A DNA stretch of 64,000 nucleotides from an uncultured bacterium (GCA_963749495.1 CAVVMW010000018.1:288001-352000), one strand, 5' to 3'; positions 1-10,379 are shown, counted from the stretch's first letter. The notes: generated from the letters alone by a model not told the origin. Numbers and translations: made by a program.

Positions 1-2
1 TC

Positions 3-194
3 AACATCGAGCCCCCGCCTGCGCCCGATGGTGCGACCCCAGCTCCCAGCCAGCCCGCCTCGGGCAGTTGGAACAGCGAAAACAAACTCGTCATGCGCAC
101 CCACCCCATCCCGCCCCCAGCCGTCCAATGGCAGAGCACGGACAACACGCAAGAACCCTACGCCAATCCAAGCGCCCCAACGGATAACACGTGA
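3..194 (+). CDS. C-terminal part of a gene truncated by the window edge; position suggests a head-tail connector (Mu gp36/DUF1320-like)
   Basis: Frame 3 is open from the edge to TGA at 192-194 (NIEPPPAP...SGSWNSENKLVMRTHP...). Identity is inferred from context only. Confidence 0.4.
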   Translation, partial: NIEPPPAPDGATPAPSQPASGSWNSENKLVMRTHPIPPPAVQWQSTDNTQEPYANPSAPTDNT

Positions 195-255
195 AGCTTG
201 AAGGGCCGGACAGAAGACAACTCATCACTAACTGCTGAGTGCCGGCCACTGACCT

Positions 256-960
256 ATGCCCGAACCCGATTTTGTTCAACTGCAGACCGACCTGACCCAG
301 GCGCTGCTCAGCGAGCCGCTGCTGGCGGCCATCAACGTGATCCAGTACCGCCGGCTCAGGTTGGAGAGCGAAGTGAAGTTTGACGCGGTGTGGCAAACGC
401 CGCGGGCCGGGCGCAGCGGGTGCGGCGTCCTGGTGGAGATGCCGGTGCTGGAGGTGCTGCACCCGAATGTCTCAGGGCCGCCGGGGAATTTGCTGATTAG
501 CTGCGCCGTGCTGGAGGAGCCGAGCGCGAATATGAACCCGAGCACCGGCACCCAGATGAGCGCGGAGTGGGTCAGCCGGCTGGTCCTGGACAGTTCGCAC
601 CACTGGGAAGACGCGGGCGTCGGCGTGATGTCGGCGGAGCGCAGGGCGATTGAGAGCGCGGACGGGTTTGAGGGGCTGGTGGCTTACCGGGTGCGCTGGC
701 GGTTGCAGGAGGCGGCGCCGGCCATCAGCCGGGTGGCGGCGCCCGTGGCCGTCGTGGCCAATGGCCAGGTGACTCTTTCCTGCGCCACGCCCGCCGCGCA
801 GATCTACTATGCGGTGGACGCTTCCTTCCCCGGCTCCGCCAACCCCGCCGCCACGCTCTATGCCTGCCCGTTCCCCGCCCCGCCGCCCGGCGCCGTCCTC
901 CGCTTCGCCGCCTACGCCCCCGCCATGTTCCGCAGCGCCGCCATGACCCAAACCTTCTGA
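256..960 (+). CDS. Putative tail terminator/completion-like protein with a C-terminal chitobiase/FN3-associated (CHB_HEX_C-like) domain
   Basis: 234 aa. The C-terminal APVAVVANGQVTLSCATPAAQIYYAVDASFP...ATLY..PF matches the CHB_HEX_C_1 pattern. Lies directly upstream of the tube-like gene. Confidence 0.5.
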   Translation: MPEPDFVQLQTDLTQALLSEPLLAAINVIQYRRLRLESEVKFDAVWQTPRAGRSGCGVLVEMPVLEVLHPNVSGPPGNLLISCAVLEEPSANMNPSTGTQMSAEWVSRLVLDSSHHWEDAGVGVMSAERRAIESADGFEGLVAYRVRWRLQEAAPAISRVAAPVAVVANGQVTLSCATPAAQIYYAVDASFPGSANPAATLYACPFPAPPPGAVLRFAAYAPAMFRSAAMTQTF

Positions 961-1003
961 CCCATCAATCCACTAATCCACTAATCCATCAATCCAATCT
1001 GGT

Positions 1004-1990
1004 ATGAGCACGCTTTACGCCGGTCCCGGCAAAATCTACATGTCCTCCAAGGTCCTCTTTCCCGAGGGCGAAAACGGCGAGATCAAAGCCGAAATCAAAC
1101 AACAGGCCATCAACGTCCTCAGCGGCTTCCACGGACGCGTCACCGCCCTCCAAGGCGATGCTCAGGCCGCCATTAGTCTCACCCCATTCGACAACTGGTC
1201 CGCCCTGGCCCTCCTCTTCCCTTCCTACCTTGGCGTCAGCGTCGGCGCCGCCGCCGGCGCCTTGGTCGTCGGCACCCGCCCACACGGCGCCGGCAACGTC
1301 CCGTGCGACATCTGGACCCCCGATGGCCGCCTCTACGCCTTCACCCGCGCCGCCATCACCAAGCACCCCGATCTCCACCTGGCCATCAACAAGGCCCTAT
1401 TCGGCCCCATCGAGATCACGGCCCTGGTCGGCTCGTCGAAAAAGCTGGGCGATGCCGGCGCCCTCTACACCATCACCGAGACCGGCGCCGCCGACCCCGG
1501 CGGCCAGCAAGGCACCGATTACACCCGAGGCGCCTGGACCGGCGTTTGGGGCGCCTCGCCCGGCGGCCCCGCCGGTTTCGGCGCCGATGGCGCCTCCAGC
1601 CCCGTCGAGGCCGAGGACGAATGGACCATCACGACTGCGATCAAATACTCCCCCTTGCCCGTCCAGCAACTTGTTCGTGCCTTCAAACTCAACAGAGTCG
1701 CTTTCATGGCCAAGGTCCGCCCCTACGGCCCCACCCACACACAGATCAGCACCGCCCTCGCCCTCAACAGCGGCCGGCTTCTCGGCGCCCAGTTCGCCAG
1801 CGCCACTCCTGGCAACAACCTCGTCCTCTCCGGCCCCAACTCCAAGACCATCACACTCAAAAACACGGACATCGTGGGCGCCGGCTTCGAGTTCGGCGGC
1901 ACCAAGCTCGGCACCGGCGAGATCGGCTTCATCTCCACCATGACATTCACCAGCGGCGCCCCCCAGCCGCTCCTGGTCTTTTCGGCCTAA
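1004..1990 (+). CDS. Putative phage major tail (tube) protein
   Basis: 328 aa, Gly/Ala/Thr-rich, beta-rich pattern, N-terminal LYAGPGKIY, strong coding codon bias, position in the operon. Confidence 0.55.
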   Translation: MSTLYAGPGKIYMSSKVLFPEGENGEIKAEIKQQAINVLSGFHGRVTALQGDAQAAISLTPFDNWSALALLFPSYLGVSVGAAAGALVVGTRPHGAGNVPCDIWTPDGRLYAFTRAAITKHPDLHLAINKALFGPIEITALVGSSKKLGDAGALYTITETGAADPGGQQGTDYTRGAWTGVWGASPGGPAGFGADGASSPVEAEDEWTITTAIKYSPLPVQQLVRAFKLNRVAFMAKVRPYGPTHTQISTALALNSGRLLGAQFASATPGNNLVLSGPNSKTITLKNTDIVGAGFEFGGTKLGTGEIGFISTMTFTSGAPQPLLVFSA

Positions 1991-2057
1991 CAGGAGCCAA
2001 CAAAGGAAACGCACAGGAACAGGAGCAAACAAAGGAAACAAAGAGGAGAAGAGAACT

Positions 2058-5000
2058 ATGGACGGCCACCCATCACGTTTCACGTTTCATCCGCCCTCCG
2101 TAGCAGGGCTACTGCGGAGGACGGGCGTTTCACGTTTCAGCTTTCTGCTCTTCGTTCTCTTCGTTTCCTTCTGTTCAATTCGGGCTCAGGTCCCCTCCAA
2201 CGTGAGCACCCAGGCTGTCGGCGTCGTCTTCCTCCTGCGCGATTCATCCGGCCAGCCCCTGGCCACCAAGATCACCGTCGCGCCTGCGGCCGAACTCCTG
2301 CTCCAGACCGATCTCACCAACATCTACGCTGGCCTGACCCAGACCCAAACCTCCTCCAACGGCCAGGCCCGCTTCCTCCTTTGGCCTGCCCGCTACTCCG
2401 TCACGGTCCAGGGCCTGCCCCGCGCCTTCACCATCGAGGTCCCCGAAAGCACCAATGATGTGCTCGCCGCCCCGCTCGCCATCGGCCTCACCAGCTACAC
2501 CTACACCAACCCACCCGCCACCATCCTCGTCCAGCAAGGCACTAACTTCGGCCTCGTCAGCACCGACATGCTCTCCCAGGCCGTGTCCGCCATCCGGACC
2601 AACGGGACCCTGGCCGCGCCAACACTCGTCGGCGACATCGGCCTTGGTGGCTTCCCCGGCTCCTCGATCTGGCATTTCACCGATGGCGCCCACAACACCC
2701 GCGGCTGGGGCGACGTCTATGAGTCCATGGACGACACCTCCGCCGACGCCGCCTATGGCTGGACCTGGAGCGGCCCCGAAACCCACTGGGGCGCCGCGAC
2801 CTTCAAAAACGGGATCACCAATGGCGGCTCCATCTACGGCCCGGCCACGCAGCCCGCCCCCCTCGTCGTCCATCCCACCGGCACTCAGGCCGGCCAGCAA
2901 TGGACCGACACCAGCGGCAACGTCACCGCATCAATGAGCGCCTCCGGCGTCCTGAGCGCCAATGGCTCTGGCCTAACCAATGACAACCTGGCCTTTGCCG
3001 CTGGCGTGCCTTCCATTGATCTCACCCATGCCCGCTTGTTTTTCATCGGCGATAGCCTCACCGACAATCGGCTCGGCGGCACATATCACGGTTACACCAA
3101 CTCGTGGGTTAGCTGGCTCACCAACACTCCCCGCTATGTGGGAGTTTGGAACACGAATGCCGGCCACGGCGGCGATGGCGTTGCCCTGGCCACCTCCAAT
3201 ACCATAGCGAATATCCTGCCTCTTTTGCAGCAGACCCATATCGGCACTCAGGACGTGGCTTTCATCTGGATCGGCGCCAATGACACACCCGGCAATTCGC
3301 CCTGGGTCTTTTGGCCGATGTACACGAACCTGGTGCTCATGCTCCAAACCAACGGGGCGCAGGTCGTGCAGTTCACCGTCACGCCCCGGACCAATCTTGG
3401 GCCAGGCCAGGAAACCAACCGCTTCACCTACAACAAGTGGATTCGCGCCGCCGCCCTCGGCAACTATATCGTGGACCCGGCCGCGATGTTCCCGGATTAC
3501 ACTTCCACCAACGATTACCAGGATGGCACACACCTCACCACTAACGCCTGGAAACTCCTGGCCGCCCAGGTGGACAGGGTTTTGCTCACCGGCACAAACA
3601 ACCCGCAATGGTTTGCCTGCCTGCCGGCAGGGTGGAACCAGTACGGCACGCAATTCGAACTCCAGGGAACGGACGGCTCGATTCTTGGAATTGCCGATAC
3701 GACTAACCAAAGCATCCGTTTCGCCACACTGGGCGTCGGAACCACCAACGCAAATGCCGCGAACAAAAACCTGGAGATTGACGGGACCCAAGTTGCGTTC
3801 CGGTTGAATCGCTGGGGAGTTGGAACCTATGATTTGGCCATAAGCGGTTCTTGGGCTGGCGCGGATGCGGTGGATTTTGTGGGCGTGCCCTACCAAGGGA
3901 GTTCCGGCTGGGGTTGGGAGAGCAGCGACGGCGACTGGAATTACCACAAGCTCGTGTTCGACCAGAACGGCTTTCTCGGGATTGGCACCAATATCCCGCA
4001 AAAACTCGTGCACATTGCGGGGAGCTCTCCAGTCCTCCGTATGGAGCGTCCGGGCCTTGGCTCTTATGATTCCACCGTCGCGGGCGGTTCGGCCGGGACT
4101 GACGCTGTGGATTTCAGGTCATTGCCCTATCAACCCTCATCCGGCTGGGATTGGGAAAGCCTCGATGCGGCAGGCAATCCTCACAAGCTCGTGTTCGACC
4201 AGAACGGCTATCTGGGGATCGGCACCAATATCCCGCAAAAACTCGTGCACATTGCAGGGAGACTCTGCAGTCCTCCGTATGGAGCAGCCGGGGCTTGGCT
4301 ACTATGATTCCATCGTCGCGGGTGGATCGGCCGGGACTGACGCTGTGGATTTCAGGTCATTGCCCTATCAACCCTCATCCGGCTGGGATTGGGAAAGCCT
4401 CGATGCGGCAGACAATCCTCACAAGCTCGTGTTCGACCAGAACGGCTATCTGGGGATTGGCACCAATATCCCGCAAAAAACGGTCCACATCGCCGGAATA
4501 GATCCTCAAGTGCGGCTGGAGCGCGCCGCCACTGGGGCATTCGACCAGTTAATCAGCAGCGGTCATTGGACAGGTGATCCCGTGGACTACTATTTTGTCC
4601 CGGCCCAGAGCAGCTCCGGCTGGGTTTTCGTGAGCAAGGATGGCACCGGCTATTGGCGTTACTCCGGGTTGGACATGGCCGGCAATTTCACCGCCGCCGG
4701 CGTGATTACCGGCGCGAATCTCACGATCAGCAGCCTTCCCAGCCAGGGCCTGCTCGCCACCGATGACGGCGGGCGCATCATCGCCGGCACGCCCGGCGCG
4801 GCCAGCGTGGACGTGCAGGTGAATGGCTCCGATGTCCTGGCGGCGGCAACCGCGATTGATTTCGAGCAGGGCGCGGGCGTGACCCTAAGCGGGAGCGCGA
4901 CCGGCTCCAAGGCCACAGTGACTGCTTCGAGCACCGGCGGCGGCGGCGGCTCCATCAATGTGGACACCAACGGCACGCTGCTCTTGAACGGCGCCACCTC

Positions 5001-5988
5001 GCTCAACCTGGCAGGCAGTGCGAGCATCTCGGTGACTGGCACACTGAGCGGGGCGACCGCAACCGTCGCGCCCACCCTGAGCGCGACCGCAACGAACTGG
5101 GTCCTGACGAGCGGTACGAACGCTGCGGCTGCGGCCACCAACCCCGTCCCCGGCTGGATCACCACCGCCACCCAAAACTCCACCAACCCCGTGCCCGCCT
5201 GGGTCCAAAACTCGACCAACCCCGTCCCCGGCTGGATCACCACCGCCACCCAAAACTCGACCAACCCCGTCCCCGGCTGGATCACCACCGCCACCCAAAA
5301 CTCCACCAACCCCGTGCCCGCCTGGGTCCAAAACTCCACCAACCCCGTCCCCGGCTGGATCACCACCGCCACCCAAAACTCCACCAACCCCGTCCCCGGC
5401 TGGATCACCACCGCCGCGCAGAATGCCACCAATGGCCTGACCTCCGCGCTGCTCCAGGCCAAGCTCGGCGGCAGCGTCTATGACGCCTCCGGCGCCGGCA
5501 CTACCGCCGCCCAGAACGCCACCAACGCCTTGAATGCCGCCGCCTTCACTGGCGCGGCCAGCAGCGTAGCCATCGCAAACGTCAGCGCCCCAGGCGTCAT
5601 CATGACCAACGGCGGCACAACCGCCGTAACCTATAGCAATAATGTCACGGTTGATGCCGCTCATGCCTTTGTCGGGGCATTTTTCGCGCCGACCAACCTG
5701 GCAACGACAACGACCTTGACTGCCGGCCTGGCCTATACGACCAACCTTGCGGGCAACGTGACATTGGCCAACTTCGCCGGGATACCCAACAACCAACTTT
5801 GGTCCATCTACCTGCTTTGCACCAACTCGGCCGCAGCCACCTACACAGTCACCTTCCCCGGAGGCTGCGTTGGCCAGGGCCAAGGCACCCCGCCGGTTTA
5901 TTACGTGACCAACGCCACGAGGGCGGAGTTTCAGATCAACGGCTGGGGCACAATCAGCACAAACATCAACTGGTCTCCACATTGGTGA
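2058..5988 (+). CDS. Large secreted/fibre-like protein: signal peptide, SGNH/GDSL hydrolase, 79-aa LGIGTNIP repeats and TNPVP repeats (one +1 frameshift near 4258 joins ORFs 2058..4307 and 3865..5988)
   Basis: SGNH blocks IGDSLT, NAGHGG, IGAND and DGTH are present. Repeat copies start at 4011, 4248 and 4486 (spacing 237 then 238 bp), which shows one extra base in the G run near 4257-4259. Confidence 0.75.
5137..5427 (+). repeat. Coding tandem repeat of 7 units: TNPVPGWITTATQNS (45 bp) and TNPVPAWVQNS (33 bp), order L-S-L-L-S-L-L
   Basis: Near-identical nucleotide units read directly from the sequence. Confidence 0.95.
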
Positions 5989-6926
5989 AAATTAGTCCAG
6001 AGTCCAGAGTCCACCCGCCGCGCCGGAGCGCGAGCGAGGCGGGGAGTCCACACTGCGGAAAGCGCAATGTCGGCAGCCATCGCCTGCGGAGACGGTGGAC
6101 CGTGGACTGCCTGCCCGTCCGGCAGGCGGGTGGACTGTGGACTGTCCTATTGGCCATGGCCTGCCCGGCCTTCGCCCAGTTCGCCCCTCTGCCCGGAAGC
6201 ATTAACGGCTATATTGCCCCCGCCGCGGGAGTCTCGAGCTTCGCCCCCACCAACGAGCCAGCGGGGAGCGGCGCCAATCTCATCTCGTGGTGGCGAGGAG
6301 ATTACATCACGACGAACAGCAGCGTGCAGACGCTGCCCGATCTCGGTGGTGTCCACACATACAGCCTGACGAACCAGGCCGCGAAGACGACCTGGCCCGT
6401 GCCGCAGACCGGAGGCACGCTCACTTTTGACGGCTCAAGCCAGTATCTCCAGTGCTACAAGTATTACGCCGCCGGCCCCCACGAGCTCGTGCTGGCAATC
6501 AAAGTCGAACAGCAATATCCATCGGGGAGCAGCGCGTTTTTGTATGACAGCGCAACCAATTCCAGTGCCCGCAACACTGCCCAGATTTTGACGAATGGGA
6601 AGTGGGAACTCGGTACAGGTGCGGACTCCACGGGCGTCGCTCAAACAAATGCATGGCTCGTTTTTGATGCGCTCCACAACACCGGGACAAGCGGGCAGAT
6701 TTGGACCAATACCGTGGACGCGAGCGGGACCTTGACTCTCACTTCCAGCGCCGAGGACTCGCTCGCCATAGGCTGCCGCTACGGCCAGACCAGCAGCCGG
6801 TTCCTGAAATTCGAGTTGGCTGAGGCCGTGACCTACTCCGCCGCACTCTCGACCGCCTCGCGCTCCAACCTCTATTACTACTTCAAACATTGGTCGCCCG
6901 TGTCCAGCAATCTAGGTTTGCCATGA
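5985..6926 (+). CDS. Secreted LamG/concanavalin A-like beta-sandwich protein
   Basis: GTG start overlaps the upstream TGA. Leader ends LLAMACPAFA-Q. Motifs LISWWRGD, LTFDGSSQYL, LAIGCR and ELAEAVTYSAALS...NLYYYF. Confidence 0.65.
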   Translation: MKISPESRVHPPRRSASEAGSPHCGKRNVGSHRLRRRWTVDCLPVRQAGGLWTVLLAMACPAFAQFAPLPGSINGYIAPAAGVSSFAPTNEPAGSGANLISWWRGDYITTNSSVQTLPDLGGVHTYSLTNQAAKTTWPVPQTGGTLTFDGSSQYLQCYKYYAAGPHELVLAIKVEQQYPSGSSAFLYDSATNSSARNTAQILTNGKWELGTGADSTGVAQTNAWLVFDALHNTGTSGQIWTNTVDASGTLTLTSSAEDSLAIGCRYGQTSSRFLKFELAEAVTYSAALSTASRSNLYYYFKHWSPVSSNLGLP

Positions 6927-7066
6927 AAACAGCACTCATCTCGATGGTTGATGTCAACCTAGCGACTGCATTCCGGACCGTTTCCTCAACGGGGACCTAT
7001 ACGAGCACAGCCACGCTGGCCGGCGACACGTCGCACGCCAGTGGGCTTATTGCCACGTTCAAATGA
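6923..7066 (+). pseudogene. 47-aa mini-ORF, probably an internally deleted gene remnant
   Basis: MKTALISMVDVNLATAFRTVSSTGTYTSTATLAGDTSHASGLIATFK, with ATGA overlaps to both neighbours. Too short for the ORF track. Confidence 0.5.
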
Positions 7067-7464
7067 AGATCGTCGCCACACCCATACCCTCCGGCACCGC
7101 GGTGACCCTCGGCGACAACAGCGTCGGTGACTTCATTATCGATCCGCCGCCCCTGCCGGTCGAGCGCCGCCAGGTCCAGGAAGAACCTCTCGTCATGGCC
7201 GACCGCGCCTGGGCCACAGGGCGCGGCAACCGCCACACCTCCTGGTCCTGGACCGTCGCCCGCCTTCACGCCGACCAACCCACCGCCGATGCCTTCGTCT
7301 GGACCCACGGCCCCAGCGTCCCCATCAACTGCTCCCTCCAGATCACCGATCCCGGCGGCACCTGGAACTTCTCCAGCGCCGTCATCGAGGAAGTCGCGAT
7401 CATCGAGCAGACCGGCGTCAGCACCAAGACCCGATACACGGTTAGAGGCGCCACGCCAAGTTAA
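7063..7464 (+). CDS. Hypothetical protein, distal-tail-like
   Basis: 133 aa, translationally coupled, coding codon bias. Function inferred from context. Confidence 0.5.
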   Translation: MKIVATPIPSGTAVTLGDNSVGDFIIDPPPLPVERRQVQEEPLVMADRAWATGRGNRHTSWSWTVARLHADQPTADAFVWTHGPSVPINCSLQITDPGGTWNFSSAVIEEVAIIEQTGVSTKTRYTVRGATPS

Positions 7465-7478
7465 GGCTAAAGGTTAAA

Positions 7479-8399
7479 GTGAAAAATCACATGCATCGCC
7501 TCTTCCACGCCCTCGACGAGGTCGTGCCCGGCCTCGGCGCCCTCGTGCAGGCCGCCTTCTCCCCGATCGGCGCCGCCATCTCCATCGCCGCAATGGCACT
7601 CCGCGCATTCCACGAGAAAATCAAGGAGTTCAACCAGGAGATGAGCAAAGCCGAAGAAGAAGCCGCTAAACCCTGCGCCCGCACCATCGAAACCCAGCGC
7701 GACTCCGTCATCCGCGCCGACACCGCCCCCGCCCAATTCAAAGACCGCCTCACCCAGGCCGCCGCCGGCCAGCAGACCGAGCCCGACAAAACCAACCAGG
7801 CCGCCGCGGCGCTCAAGCTCAACATCACCGAGACCGGCCGGCTGGAGGAGGCGCTCAAGCACCGTGAGATGCAGGGCCTCGACCTCGCCCACGACGCCGG
7901 CCTCATGAGCGACGCCGCCTGCTGCCAGGCCATGCTCGAGATCGAGGAAAAACACGCCGAGCGCAAGCGCGCCCTCGATGAGCGCGAAGCCATGTCCGAA
8001 ATCACGGCCAACCGCCGCGCCATCGAAGAGGTCCAGACCCAGCAGCCCGCCCTGGAGGCAAAGGCCGCTGGCGCCGCCGAATTGGACGTGCGCGAAGCCA
8101 TGGCCACTGCTCAGGCCGTGCGCAAGGGCCAGACCGTCTCACCCGAGGCCCAGCAGCGCCTGATGGACACTGCCTCCACGATCGAAGGCCGCCGCCTCAG
8201 CCCCCGCGAAGCCCCCGCCGGCATCCGGAGAACCACCGACACCTCCGGCGGCTTCGCCGAAGAGGTCACCAAGCTCGCCTCCGCCGTGCAAACCCTGGGC
8301 GCCGGCCACCTCAACCTCCGCGGCCAAGTCACCCTCATCCAGCAGCAAGTCCAGCAACTCCAAACCCAGCTCCAAGCCACCCACATCCCCGGCACATAA
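7479..8399 (+). CDS. Short tape-measure-like coiled-coil protein
   Basis: 306 aa, Ala/Glu/Gln-rich and helical, with a hydrophobic VPGLGALVQAAFSPIGAAISIAAMAL segment of the kind seen in tape measures. Confidence 0.55.
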   Translation: MKNHMHRLFHALDEVVPGLGALVQAAFSPIGAAISIAAMALRAFHEKIKEFNQEMSKAEEEAAKPCARTIETQRDSVIRADTAPAQFKDRLTQAAAGQQTEPDKTNQAAAALKLNITETGRLEEALKHREMQGLDLAHDAGLMSDAACCQAMLEIEEKHAERKRALDEREAMSEITANRRAIEEVQTQQPALEAKAAGAAELDVREAMATAQAVRKGQTVSPEAQQRLMDTASTIEGRRLSPREAPAGIRRTTDTSGGFAEEVTKLASAVQTLGAGHLNLRGQVTLIQQQVQQLQTQLQATHIPGT

Positions 8400-8470
8400 T
8401 CGGCTATTGGCTATTTGCTATCGGCTATGCCTTTCCCGTTTCCCGTTTCCCGTTTCATCCCTGACGTTTC

Positions 8471-10300
8471 ATGAGCCTCTGGACCATCGCACACGGCGCC
8501 ACCGAAAAGTCCCTCCCCGATTGGGGCCTCTGTGCGGACTTCAGCGCCCAATTCGCCAGCAAGACCCGCGATACCCTCTCCCTCCGCACCGCCGAGCCCT
8601 TCGATTCCGCATCCCCCCAATGGCCCTGGGGCTCCAAGCTCACCGTCTGGCGCGACCGCACCGCCCTCGGCGTGGGTGGCTCTATCTTTTTCCAGGGCTG
8701 CGTCGGCCAGCTCCGCCGCCGCGCCGACGCCGGCCGGGAAGCCATCGGCTACGAACTCTACGGCCCCTGGTGGCTCCTGGAGCGCCTCAAGTTCAAGCAA
8801 GCCCGCAGCGTCTTCAACGGCTGGGTCACCCCCAACGACCCCACCAGCGGCGCAACCCTCCGCACCATCTATACCACGGAAGTCTATCTCGGCGAAAAGG
8901 CCGACGAAACCTGGCAGACCAGCGGACAGCAGATCCTCGAAGTCCTCAATTGGGTCAATGAGTGCTACAACCCCACCAAACGCGGCGCCACGTCCGGACG
9001 CGACAATTCCCAGGACGTGCTTGCAATCGGCACCATTGACCCGGCGCTGAACATCCCCAAATCGCGCCAGAACGACGTCTTCTGCGCCGAAGTCCTCATC
9101 GCCCTGCTCCGCTACAGCCCCGACGCCATCTGCTGGTTCGATTACACCACCAGCCCGCCGACTCTCTACATCCGCTCCGCCGCCAACCTCGCCAACGTCT
9201 CCATAACCATCACCGCTGACCAGGAAGGCAACATCCAACTCGCCCCGCAATACGACCGCCAACTCGCCGGCGTCTGGATCAAATACAAGAAGACCGACAC
9301 CTTCAACGGCGTCGCCTGGCCCCAAATCTACGATGACCGCGCCGATGCCCACGGCTCCGGCCTCTACAACGGCGCCACCCGCCTCTCCGGCCCCGGCGGC
9401 GACCAGATTACCGAATACACCCCCAACGTCTCCACCCACACGTGCGAACTCGAAGGCTCCCAGCTCTCCCGCGTCAGCGCACCCGTCCAGGTCCTGCCCA
9501 TGGCCGGCGCCGTCTCATCCGACGGCCCCACCCGCGCCGCCTGGTGGCTCGCCATTGCCTTGCCCCTCAACGAACCCAATATTGACCCCGCCTCAGTCGC
9601 CGTGGACATCGCGACCGTCACCGACGAATCCGGCAATCCCGTCAACCTCACCGCCTTACCCAGCATGCTCTGGCGTGGCCAGCTCTCATCCTGGATGGGC
9701 GTCAACTGGGTCAACGCCATCATCACCGCCAACGTCAGCTTCACCCGCTACCGCGATGCCGGCAGCCGTGGGATCAAGAACGCCACTATCGAGCAGCAGC
9801 AACTCACCGTCCGCCGCACCCTCACCAACGCCGCCTCCCAGACCTACCGCGCCACGAGCCACTTCGACCCCGGCGAATCCGTGCCCACCGGCATCGCGCA
9901 GGCCATTTACAGCAGCGTCGCCACCCTCCAATACGCCGGCAGCACCCGCTTCACCTCGAGCCAGCTCAAGTCCGGCCTCGGCCTCGGCAACACCCTGACG
10001 CTCCTCGGCCCCAACAACACCTACGCCCCCCTTCTTATCCAGAGCGTCCGCGCCACTCCCCACACCGGCGCCCTCGAAGTCACCTATGGACCCAGCGCCG
10101 TCATTGACGCCCCCGGCCTCATCGAACTTGCCCGCATCTCCCGCTGGCGCATCATTTATAACATGCCCAGCGGCCGTTCCAGTGGCCAGGCTGCCGGCTC
10201 AGCCAACGTCGCCCTCGGCGCCGCCACTCCCAAAGACGACACCCAATGGGGCCACCCCAGCTTCAAATACCACGCCGCCACCGACAAAAAGACTGTATGA
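8471..10300 (+). CDS. Putative tail hub/baseplate protein
   Basis: 609 aa, follows the tape-measure-like gene. IFFQGCV...YELYGPWWLLER and LRYSPDAICWFDYTTSPPTL fit a hub-type (gp27/gp44-like) layout. Confidence 0.5.
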   Translation: MSLWTIAHGATEKSLPDWGLCADFSAQFASKTRDTLSLRTAEPFDSASPQWPWGSKLTVWRDRTALGVGGSIFFQGCVGQLRRRADAGREAIGYELYGPWWLLERLKFKQARSVFNGWVTPNDPTSGATLRTIYTTEVYLGEKADETWQTSGQQILEVLNWVNECYNPTKRGATSGRDNSQDVLAIGTIDPALNIPKSRQNDVFCAEVLIALLRYSPDAICWFDYTTSPPTLYIRSAANLANVSITITADQEGNIQLAPQYDRQLAGVWIKYKKTDTFNGVAWPQIYDDRADAHGSGLYNGATRLSGPGGDQITEYTPNVSTHTCELEGSQLSRVSAPVQVLPMAGAVSSDGPTRAAWWLAIALPLNEPNIDPASVAVDIATVTDESGNPVNLTALPSMLWRGQLSSWMGVNWVNAIITANVSFTRYRDAGSRGIKNATIEQQQLTVRRTLTNAASQTYRATSHFDPGESVPTGIAQAIYSSVATLQYAGSTRFTSSQLKSGLGLGNTLTLLGPNNTYAPLLIQSVRATPHTGALEVTYGPSAVIDAPGLIELARISRWRIIYNMPSGRSSGQAAGSANVALGAATPKDDTQWGHPSFKYHAATDKKTV

Positions 10301-10379
10301 GTCAGTCCAGCAAGCCCACTGGCGCCCCGTGTCGGCTGCGGAGACTCTGGACTCTGGACTCTGGACTCTGGACTAATTT

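Noticed and set aside
3950..4490. Possible DGR template/variable repeat pair
   Set aside because: The copies are tandem in-frame coding repeats, differences are not confined to adenines, and there is no reverse transcriptase in the window.
5137..5427. Possible CRISPR array
   Set aside because: Units are contiguous, in frame and lack unique spacers; no cas genes are present.
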